Below are positions 1-10,607 of a stretch of DNA of 64,000 nucleotides, piece by piece. Source of the stretch: Macrostomum hystrix (Eukaryota; Animalia; Platyhelminthes). The notes below the pieces were generated by a model, which saw nothing but the letters and a program-made list of their open reading frames with translations, was not told the origin of the DNA and searched no databases. The position numbers and the translations under genes are program-made. Positions within the stretch are counted from its first letter, which is position 1; each line of letters begins with the position of its first letter. Location of the stretch: assembly GCA_950097015.1 (NCBI GenBank), contig CATNEN010000025.1, positions 1,984,001-2,048,000 of the forward strand, in the 5' to 3' direction.

Positions 1-2129
1 ACCTGCTGGCGGACCGGCCGGAGCGGCTGAGGCTCAGAGTTACCGGGGATCTGGGAGAAAGAAGCGAGAAACTGCTATTTTATAATCGCAGTCTGCAGGT
101 GAGAGCGATGAGCAGAATTAGCAGAGTTGGGGATTAGAAGCAGATTCCTAGAATATAAAAAAGGAATTAGTGAAAGGGGAGAATGGAGAGAAACAAAAAA
201 GGAGAGTGCGGATAAACAGAAGGGAAATGGAGGATTAGCACGAGAGAGAGTTGGGGTTAGCTTCAGGGAGAGTTGGGGTTAGCTTCAGGGAGAGTGGGGA
301 TTAGCTTAAGGCAGAGTGGGAACTTGCAGGAGGGGAGTGTAGTGAATCATCAAATTTAATTCAACAAGTCAGATAACAACAACCTTTACCTCAGGTAGGA
401 AATGCCTGGTCGAAGGCCAAACTGTCCATGCAGATCCGCAGCAGGCAGTTGAGTCTTCATGTGAGCACACAATTTAGCCCAATAAATTGATAATTTGAAT
501 ATGTGCCTCACTCTTATATAGTTTAGAACTTATATTTTCATTCCTCTAAACCGCAGTTTTTTAGAGACAGTTCGAAGCAAGAATCTCGGGAATTTCGTCG
601 CCATTTTTATTTAATCAGCAAACTGGGTGAGCATTGGTATAGTTAGCTGCTGATATACTGTAAGATTTGTCTGATATACTGTGAATGCGATGGTCTTAAA
701 AGCTCGAAAGAGTCGGTTAGAAAAAAGTACAAAAGTGTCGGTGAGATCGAAAACTGAAAAGTGTCGGTAAGATCAAAGACTGAAAAGTGTCGGTGAGATC
801 AAAGACTGAAAAGTGTCGGTGAGATCAAAGACTGAAAAGTGTCGGTGAGATCAAAGACTGAAAAGTGTCGGTGAGATCAAAGACTGAAAAGTGTCGGTGA
901 GATCAAAGACTGAAAAGTGTCGGTGAGATCAAAGACTGAAAAGTGTCGGTGAGATCAAAGACTGAAAAGTGTCGGTTAGATCAAAGACTGAAAAGTGTCG
1001 GTGAGATCAAAGACTGAAAAGTGTCGGTAAGATCAAAGACTGAAAAGTGTCGGTAAGATCAAAGACTAAAAAGTGTCGGTGAGATCAAAGACTGAAAAGT
1101 GTCGGTTAGATACAAGTACAGAAAGTGTCGGTGAGATCAAAGACTGAAAGTGTCGGTGAGATCAAAGACTGAAAAGTATCGGTTAGATAGAAGTACAGAA
1201 AGTGTCGGTGAGATCAAAGACTGAAAAGTGTCGGTTAGATAGAAGTACAGAAAGTGTCGGTGAGAAAAAAAGCCAGAACGTATCAGTGAGATCACAGGCC
1301 AAAACTATAGGTGAGATAAAAGTACAGAATGATTCGGGGGGGATTGATTAAGAATCAACAGTGTCAACGTCAAAATGAAGAAGACGGTATTATTTAACAA
1401 GGAAAAATTATCTGGCATGCTTCATCCCTAGACCGGAGTCTTCAGAATCCAACCCTCTGCAATGCCGCGGAGCCACTCGCAGTCTGTCCAACTGTGATGC
1501 CGCCAACTGCAGCCCAGTTCAACGCTCTCAGGTCATCGATGTCGGCCGTGGCTGTTCAAGCATCAGCAGCTGTGGCAATACGTACCACCGTGTTGCTAGT
1601 CCCGGCGATCGCACTGGCGCTCGTACTCGCGCTCTACCAGACGATAAAAATTCGCCGCCTCGGATGGCCTCCGGCGAGATTCGAGCGACGCTTGATCACC
1701 CTGGTGCTGCCTGCCGATGGCCGACGTCGTAAGTCGGTGTCGCTGCTCCGGCTGCGTCGCCAACTGACCGCAGCTCCGGGTGTTGAAGTCCGCGCTGTTG
1801 TTGGCCTCCGCTGCCTGTCGCGAAGCCTTGCGGGCCAGTCCAGCTTGATCGTGTTCATCAGCTGGGACGCCAGCTTTGCCAGCCTGCGGTTCTCCGACAG
1901 CGGCCTGTCCGTTGAGACGCAAAGAATGCTTAGAACTCTGCTGCTGGCTGAGAAGCATCGGGTGCGGGGATTTTACACCGACCTGAAGGTCGAGAATCCC
2001 GCCGTTGTCATGGACTCAGTGTGGTACAGCCTCAAATCTACGTGGCTAGACGAAGATGAAACTGGTGTGCGACAGTCAGTGCTCCACCTGGTGGATCAGA
2101 TTCGCAATGATGATGCGGCTTGTGAGTGA
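1..2129 (+). CDS. Type I membrane receptor paralogue A with SEFIR/TIR-like cytoplasmic domain (5' partial)
   Basis: Phase-consistent GT-AG exons <1-98, 395-460, 557-626, 1432-2129. Contains LLADRPERLRLRV, a hydrophobic segment (TTVLLVPAIALALVLALY) followed by KIRR, then an alpha/beta tail (LITLVLP...GVEV...LIVFISWD...LRTLLLAEKHRVRGFY) homologous to the gene at 23542-27816. Possible extra terminal exon 2766-2842. The SEFIR/TIR assignment is pattern-based. Confidence 0.75.
741..1310. repeat. 26-bp intronic minisatellite (TGAAAAGTGTCGGTGAGATCAAAGAC)
   Basis: About 20 direct tandem copies in intron 627-1431. Confidence 0.95.
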
Positions 2130-2145
2130 CGAAACCGCGTTCGCT

Positions 2146-2748
2146 AGGGAGATAAGAGGGAGGGTGTGAACAGAACAGAGATAAGAGGGAGGGTGTGAAC
2201 AGAACAGAGATAAGAGCGAGTGTGTGAACAGAACAGAGATAAGAGGGAGGGTGTGAACAGAACAGAGATAAGAGGGAGGGTGTGAACAGAAGAGAGATAA
2301 GAGGGAGTGTGTGAAGAGAACAGAGATAAGAGGGAGTGTGTGAACAGAACAGAGATAAGAGGGAGGGTGTGAACAGAACAGAGATAAGAGGGAGGGTGTG
2401 AAGAGAAGGGAGACGGGAGGGTGTGAAGAGAACAGAGATAAGAGGGAGGGTGTGAACAGAACAGAGACAAGAGGGAGTGTGTGAACAGAACAGAGATAAG
2501 AGGGAGGGTGTGAACAGAACAGAGATAAGAGGGAGGGTGTGAAGAGAAGGGAGACGGGAGGGTGTGAAGAGAAGGGAGATGGGAGGGTGTGAAGAGAAGG
2601 GAGATGGGGGGGTGTGAAGAGAAGGGAGATGGGAGGGTGTGAAGAGAAGGGAGATGGGAGGGTGTGAAGAGAAGGGAGATGGGAGGGTATGAAGAGAAGG
2701 GAGATGGGAGGGTGTGAAGAGAAGGGAGATGGGAGGGTGTGAAGAGAC
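2146..2748. repeat. GA-rich 25-29-bp minisatellite
   Basis: Tandem GTGTGAACAGAACAGAGATAAGAGGGAGG grading into GTGTGAAGAGAAGGGAGATGGGAGG. Confidence 0.93.
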
Positions 2749-3257
2749 TAATCGAAGTCACCTAGGCTCGATGCAACAAATTCCACCGACATTTCAGTGG
2801 AAGTGTAAACTCTTGGAGTGCAAGTCTAAGCTGGTCAAATGAAGGCCAATCAAGGAAGAAATCTATAAATTAATCTCCTTAGCTGCTTAAAGTTCGTTTG
2901 TAAATTTTTGTACAAAAAATCGTAGACTTTCAATTCTCATATAGTTGAACGGCAGAATGTGTTAGTTTATGAATTTACATTTTTAGACTCAAAATTATAG
3001 CTTATACTCATCAATTATGTGCAAGGAATATATATATATTTCTAATCACATTAAACATTATAGCTATTTTCTATATCCATGTTGATTTTTTTCAATTTTT
3101 TCTCTTACCTTTTTACAATAGTACAAATGCTGTATCAAATAAATTTATTTTAAAAGCTTTTTAAAACCTTTCTTGGCAGCAGACACTAAAATGGACCGGA
3201 AGCTTTGATTGTATTTTTGAAAGTTTTTTTGCCTATTTATCATGGGCCCAACGCATT

Positions 3258-5270
3258 TAGGGGTATTTGTGGGGTATTTGTGGTTCATGGGGTATTTCTG
3301 GTTCATGGGGTATTTGTGGTTCATGAAGCTTGGAGTTCAATGGGTATTTGTGGTTCATGAAGCTTGGAGTTCATGGGGTATTTGTGGTTCATGAAGCTTG
3401 GAGTTCATGGGGTATTTGTGGTTCATGAAGCTTGGAGTTCATGGGGTATTTGTGGTTCATGAAGCTTGGAGTTCAATGGGTATTTGTGGTTCATGAAGCT
3501 TGGAGTTCAATGGGTATTTGTGGTTCATGAAGCTTGGAGTTCAATGGGTATTTGTGGTTCATGAAGCTTGGAGTTCATGGGGTATTTGTGGTTCATGAAG
3601 CTTGGAGTTCAATGGGTATTTGTGGTTCATGAAGCTTGGAGTTCAATGGGTATTTGTGGTTCATGAAGCTTGGAGTTCATTGGGTATTTGTGGTTCATGA
3701 AGCTTGGAGTTCAATGGGTATTTGTGGTTCATGAAGCTTGGAGTTCATGGGGTATTTGTGGTTCATGAAGCTTGGAGTTCAATGGGTATTTGTGGTTCAT
3801 GAAGCTTGGAGTTCATGGGGTATTTGTGGTTCATGAAGCTTGGAGTTCAATGGGTATTTGTGGTTCATGAAGCTTGGAGTTCATGGGGTATTTGTGGTTC
3901 ATGAAGCTTGGAGTTCATGGGGTATTTGTGGTTCATGAAGCTTGGAGTTCAATGGGTATTTGTGGTTCATGAAGCTTGGAGTTCATGGGGTATTTGTGGT
4001 TCATGAAGCTTGGAGTTCATGGGGTATTTTTGGTTCATAGGGTATTTATGGTTCATAGGGTATTTATGGTTCATAGGGTATTTATGGTTCATGGGGTATT
4101 TGTGGTTCATGGGGTATTTGTGGTTCATGGGGTATTTATGGTTCATGGGGTATTTGTGGTTCATGGGGTATTTGTGGTTCATGAAGCTTGGAGTTCAATG
4201 GGTATTTGTGGTTCATGAAGCTTGGAGTTCATGGGTATTTGTGGTTCATGAAGCTTGGAGTTCAATGGGTATTTGTGGTTCATGAAGCTTGGAGTTCAAT
4301 GGGTATTTGTGGTTCATGAAGCTTGGAGTTCAATGGGTATTTGTGGTTCATGAAGCTTGGAGTTCATGGGGTATTTGTGGTTCATGAAGCTTGGAGTTCA
4401 ATGGGTATTTGTGGTTCATGAAGCTTGGAGTTCATGGGGTATTTGTGCAGTTCATGAAGCTTGGAGCTCATGGGATATTTGTGCAGTTCATGAAGCTTGG
4501 AGCTCATGGGGTATTTGTGGTTCATGAAGCTTGGAGCTCATGGGGTATTTGTGGTTCATGAAGCTTGGAGCTCATGGGATATTTGTGCAGTTCATGAAGC
4601 TTGGAGCTCATGGGGTATTTGTGGTTCATGAAGCTTGGAGCTCATGGGATATTTGTGCAGTTCATGAAGCTTGGAGCTCATGGGGTATTTGTGGTTCATG
4701 AAGCTTGGAGCTCATGGGGTATTTGTGGTTCATGAAGCTTGGAGCTCATGGGATATTTGTGCAGTTCATGAAGCTTGGAGCTCATGGGGTATTTGTGCAG
4801 TTCATGAAGCTTGGAGCTCATGGGATATTTGTGCAGTTCATGAAGCTTGGAGTTCATGGGGTATTTGTGCAGTTCATGAAGCTTGGAGCTCATGGGGTAT
4901 TTGTGCAGTTCATGAAGCTTGGAGCTCATGGGGTATTTGTGCAGTTCATGAAGCTTGGAGCTCATGGGGTATTTGTGCAGTTCATGAAGCTTGGAGCTCA
5001 TGGGGTATTTGTGCAGTTCATGAAGCTTGGAGCTCATGGGGTATTTGTGCAGTTCATGAAGCTTGGAGCTCATGGGGTATTTGTGCAGTTCATGAAGCTT
5101 GGAGCTCATGGGGTATTTGTGCAGTTCATGAAGCTTGGAGCTCATGGGATATTTGTGCAGTTCATGAAGCTTGGAGCTCATGGGGTATTTGTGCAGTTCA
5201 TGAAGCTTGGAGCTCATGGGGTATTTGTGCAGTTCATGAAGCTTGGAGCTCATGGGATATTTGTGGTTTA
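3258..5270. repeat. 34-36-bp minisatellite (CATGGGGTATTTGTGGTTCATGAAGCTTGGAGTT)
   Basis: About 2 kb tandem array with an internal shorter sub-array near 4020-4170. Confidence 0.96.
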
Positions 5271-6182
5271 TAAAGGGAACCACGCCTGTAAATTTATTTA
5301 GTAGCGCCTGAATGCTAACAGCGTTGGGTGGTGACTGATTGGTTGACAGACTAGGCGATGGTGTCCTGTGGTTGAGCTGCCCCAAATACTTAGGCTTGAT
5401 CTGTGAAATTGGAGAAATTCGCGTCAGGGTGTCCATAGTGGCCTAGTTCCACCTGTTGTAGCCCTTGAAGGTCCAGCAAGTCCGTCTAGATAAAGGTAGG
5501 TGACCACCGAAGACGGAGATGATGCAGGCACATTCGGGTGACATGCTGATCAATTATGAAGGCCTGGCAAGGCCCACTGAGGCGCAGTGCTGATTTGTGT
5601 ATAGGGGTGTATGAAATGCACTTGCGCTTATGGGAAAACTCAGACCTTCGGCCAGACACATTGAATATCTCGACGGTCTGAAGAGCTGACGGCTTGATTC
5701 TTGTTTCAGAAGATGCGCGACAAAAAGTTGGCCCGTGTTTTTAAGCTTCGTGTGCTTGCGTTGCTCCGTTCGGGTGCAGCAAAAAAAAATGTCAAGTGGG
5801 GGGAATTTCCCTCCCTTAGAAATTCTACTGTTAAAGATATGGGCATAAAGCCGAAAAAAGGTTTATCTGTACTTGTCTGCTTACAGTAAATCAGAAGTAG
5901 AATTTCCAGGAAATTGCCATATTCATGCGTACATCATGCTCTGTGCACACATATCAGTTTTCCGTTGATGGACAGTTGAATGTACACTGATGAAGCCGCG
6001 GCTTGTACAGCCACATATGTACGAGCTATTCGCGAACTGTGCGTTTGACAATGAAGAGAGAAAATTCTTGTCTATAAAGTGGGCTCAGCTGGTTCTGCAG
6101 ATTTTAACATAAGAGTAGATATACAAGTTTGTAATACGCATATCTATGAGGCAGGATAACAGTTCTTCAACAACAATAAAGA

Positions 6183-9100
6183 ATGGACACAGATGAACAG
6201 AAGCCAGATGATTCATCTCTTCAGGAGAGGCAGCCGACATCGCCGACGCCGCATCATCATCCGTTGACATCTGCCAGTTCTTATCAACAATCGCTATTTC
6301 ATGCGACTCATATGGCAAATTATCAGCCGTATTGGTGCCTCAATACTGCTTTCCCACCACCTTCGCTGCCGAATTTCGCACCGTCGATGCTCCCGACGAT
6401 GTGGCATTTCATGCCGGTTGCACCTGCAGATCCACTGCCGATGGCCACCATTGCACCGACGCTGCCTTTGCCACCTCGCCGCGACACACTGTCTGAGCAT
6501 TGCTACGGAGGCAGAAGAGAGGCCTCTAAAAGGTCAAAACCTTCGACACTGACTAAACCCATGGAGAGATGCAAGTATTACATGGAGGGCAGATGTAATA
6601 AGGTTGGTTTACCCTTTCATTCCTATAGCATTGGTATCTTGTTGGTACTCGTACCTACAACAGTTAAAAAATAACATGAAAAATCCTGAGGATTGAAAGG
6701 AAAAATTGGTCACACAAAATATAATGACATGATTAGAGAGCATCGACTGTTGAAATGAGATTATATCCCAGTGAGTCTCTAGATCACATTGTGCTTGACA
6801 TGCTTGATAAGGAGGGGTGTAGACGGGCCAGAGGGTAACAGATGAAAACAAGGGGGTATGGAAAGAGAGACAAACATCAGGGACGAGGGAGAGAAAAGTG
6901 AGTGAAGGTTAGCTAGCCAATCAGGGACGAGGGAGAGAAAAGTGAGTGAAGGTTAGCTAGCCAATCAGGGACGAGGGAGAGAAAAGTGAGTGAAGGTTAG
7001 CTAGCCAATCAGGGACGAGGGAGAGAAAAGTGAGTGAAGGTTAGTTAAAGATGTTGAACAGACAAGAGGGAGAGATGAGAAAGTACAGAAGAGGGGAGCA
7101 TAAACAAGACGGAAGGAAAGGAGAAGCCATAACACAATCATTTAACCCCCCAGTCCGACAGCTGCCCATTCAGTCACGACTTTGTGCCGCCACGCAAGAA
7201 GAAGTTGTGCAAGTACTTTGCCCAGTCCCGCTGTCGCAACGGCTCCAAGTGTCCGTACATGCACGGGGACTGGCCGTGCAAATACTACCATCTGAAACAC
7301 AAATGCACCCAGCAGCCAGGACAGTGCCGGTTCTCGCATGAGCCAATCAGCGAAGAGATGGCCAAGCTTTTAAAGGAGACCTACTCGTCCACGGAAAACA
7401 AGGTTTCGGTCGACTAAGATCTAGATGGTCGTGTGGATGTGAATACGCGGGGAATCTGTGGCAGAAGGGGAGAAGGGGAGAGCGACAGAGCTGAGAGAGA
7501 AGAGAGGGGAGAGCGACAGAGCTGAGAGAGAAGAGAGGGGAGAGCGACAGAGCTGAGAGAGAAGAGAGGGGAGAGCGACAGAGCTGAGAGAGAAGAGAGG
7601 GGAGAGCGACAGAGCTGAGAGAGAAGAGAGGGGAGAGCGACAGAGCTGAGAGAGAAGAGAGGGGAGAGCGACAGAGCTGAGAGAGAAGAGAGGGGAGAGC
7701 GACGGAGCTGAGAGAAAGGAGGTAAAATGAGGAAGAGTATGATATGTTAAAAAATCGTTCAAATCTTAAAAGCGACAAAATTGCTAATGTGCTACTTTAA
7801 ATTTATAGCCAGGAGCAACAGAAGCAGAGTTACAGGTACCGCAACAGCCCGCTTGTAAAGAACAAGAAGAAGAAGAAGAAGAAGAAGAAGAAAAAGAAGA
7901 AGTTACAGTCAGATATTACCACCGGCGGACTTTTGACTGCTCAGACTCAAAAGAGTCATACAGTCCATCAGAGGATCCCGCCGCTGGTGCTGCAAACAAG
8001 AAAGCTTTAGCTACCATGGACGAAAAGAAGCTTTTTGGTGAGACACCAACCTCAAATTTAATAATGTACTGGGGATCTCAAAGACTAGGGAACTGGGGAT
8101 CTCAAAGTCTAGGGAACTGGGGATCTCAGAGACTATGGAACTGGGGATCTCAGTGACTAAGGAACTGGGGATCTCAGTGACTAAGGAACTGGGGATCTCA
8201 GTGACTAAGGAACTGGGGATCTCAGAGACTAGGGAACTGGGGATCTCAGAGACTAGGGAACTGAGGATCTCAGAGACTAGGGAACTGGGGATCTCAGAGA
8301 CTAGGGAACTGGGGATCTCAGTGACTAAGGAACTGGGGATCTCAGAGACTAGGGAACTGTGGATCTCAGAGACTAAGGAACTGGGGATCTCAGTGACTAA
8401 GGAACTGGGGATCTCAGAGACTAGGGAACTGGGGATCTCAGAGACTAGGGAACTGGGGATCTCAAAGTCTAGGGAACTGAGGATCTCAGAGACTAGGGAA
8501 CTGGGGATCTCAAAGTCTAGGGAACTGGGGATCTCAGAGACTAGGGAACTGGGGATCTCAGAGACTAGGGAACTGGGGATCTCAGAGACTAGGGAACTGG
8601 GGATCTCAGAGACTAGGGAACTGGGGATCTCAAAGACTAGGGAACTGGGGATCTCAAAGACTAGGGAACTGGGGATCTCAGAGACTAGGGAACTGGGGAT
8701 CTCAGAGACTAGGGAACTGGGGATCTCAAAGACCAAGGACTTAGGGATCTTAATTTTTAGGAACTGGGAATGCCAAAGACCAACACTGAAGATGAACAAG
8801 CAAATGATGCAGTCATAATCACCTGCCATCAGGGGAACAACGGATGAGTGCGTACAGCAACATGTACACCAATCCAGCAAACGCTTCCTACTTCAAAAGC
8901 GATTGTTCTGATGAGAGCGACTCAGCAAGACTGGCCGACGTGGCCGACAGTGTCACTGTCAGGCGTGACAACATTAGAGAACTCGAACCCGATAGCTACA
9001 AAATTGAACAGCCGCGCAACGTCAACGACTGGCGGGACAGGCTGCCTTGCTCAGGGTGAGAACAAATCGAGCACGCCCATAGACGTAGAAAGTTGCATAG

Positions 9101-9384
9101 AAACGAAAATCAGATACTGTGTAGTACATCAGTACATGTAATATCTTAATTACAGGCTTCATCCTGAGTTTCGCTTGAAGAGCAGTCGCAACGACCATGA
9201 AATCGGCACCCTTCAAGAGGAGTCAATGCCGACAGTCCTACAGTCACACTTGAAGCGTTGCGGCACACGATCACCGCCGAAATCGATCGATAAATTTAAT
9301 CGATTTCCTACAGAGCGACATCAAGTTGAAAAGTGTCGACGGCGAGATGGTGATCAGCGACAACGGCGCAATAAGAGGCAATAG
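6183..9384 (+). CDS. CCCH zinc-finger protein, ZC3H4/6/8-like (about 422 aa)
   Basis: Exons 6183-6602, 7154-7402, 7813-7835, 7913-8037, 8833-9055, 9156-9384, all phases compatible. Three tandem CCCH fingers: CKYYMEGRCNKSDSCPFSH, CKYFAQSRCRNGSKCPYMH, CKYYHLKHKCTQQPGQCRFSH followed by EPI. The 23-nt exon is the least certain part. Confidence 0.85.
6876..7045. repeat. 44-bp tandem repeat x4
   Basis: ATCAGGGACGAGGGAGAGAAAAGTGAGTGAAGGTTAGCTAGCCA in ZC3H intron 1. Confidence 0.93.
7470..7712. repeat. 31-bp GA-rich minisatellite
   Basis: About 7 copies of AGCGACAGAGCTGAGAGAGAAGAGAGGGGAG in ZC3H intron 2. Confidence 0.93.
8067..8735. repeat. 24-bp minisatellite (GGGAACTGGGGATCTCAGAGACTA)
   Basis: About 28 tandem copies in intron 8038-8832. 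Confidence 0.95.
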
Positions 9385-9409
9385 AAAGCGAGAAAAAAGT
9401 AGAGATAAT

Positions 9410-9900
9410 AGAGATGTGCAGAGATGGGAGAGACAGATAGAGATGGGAGAGAGAGGTAGAGATTGGAGAGACAGATATGTAGGGATGGGAGAGAGATGGG
9501 TAGAGATAGGAGAGAGATGGGTAAAGAGATGGGAGAGGAATGGGTAGAGATGGGAGAGGAATGGATAGAGATGGGAGAGAGAGATAGAGATGGGAGAGAC
9601 AGATAGAGATGGGAGAGAGAGGTAGAGATTGGAGAGACAGATATGTAGGGATGGGAGAGAGACAGGTACAGAGATGGGAGAGAGATGGGTAGAGATAGGA
9701 GAGAGATGGGTAAAGAGATGGGAGAGAGATGGGTAGAGATAGGAGAGGAATGGGTAGAGATGGGAGAGAGATAGGTAGAGGTAGCAGAGAGATGGGTAGA
9801 TATGGAAGAGAGATAGGTTAGATAGGAGAGAGATGGGTAGAGATTGATAGAGATGGGTAGAGAGATGGTGGAGATGGGGAAACAGGAACAGAGATGGATG
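9410..9900. repeat. GA-rich low-complexity repeat after the ZC3H stop
   Basis: AGAGATGGG-type subunits with longer internal duplications. Confidence 0.85.
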
Positions 9901-10607
9901 AGAGATGTTTGATGGTTGAATTCGCGAGCACACAACCAAAGGAAGAAAAATAAGAAATTCGAATTATTTTGTAATATTAACTAACTTTATAAATTATTGT
10001 TAAACAATAATGTATATCATATGCAACAAGAAAGTTTATTGATTACGTTTATATTGTTTTCTAAAAACAATTTCATGCGAAATAAAAGAGCCGCAACAAA
10101 AAACAGAAGGGAATTTTTTGCATGTCAGATTAACACATATTATACTACTGACATCTGTTGATAATTTAGTAGTATGAAAGCGTGATACTATTGATATTAT
10201 TGAGTGCAATTGCAAGGCCACAAGACTTATAACTCAATTATTTTAACTAATGAGACTGAAACAAAGAAAGAGAAATGAAAGAATAGTTGCTATTAAAAGT
10301 AGAAAAAAAGCAATCAATAGAACAGCCTTGAAGGAAAATCAGGCGCTAACTTGATTACAAAAAAACTGAACAGAGGTTAAAATCTTTAAAGGGCCAACAA
10401 GCGCTAATAGTTTTTATATAAATGAATGCGAACGGATGAATTTTAAATGGCTCTGAATGAACGGAAAAATATATAGAAGCTGAACTTAACAAAAGAAAAA
10501 AAGAAATAGATTAGCAATTTATTTGATTAGCAGTTCATAAGTGTAAAGTAATAGTTGATAAAAAAGGTTCGGTAAGCTTTCATACTTAGGCCGGCGTTAC
10601 GAGTTCT

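Noticed and set aside
5670-6010. Hammerhead ribozymes at CTGAAGAG and CTGATGAAGCC
   Set aside because: No GAAA after stem II and no stems I/III.
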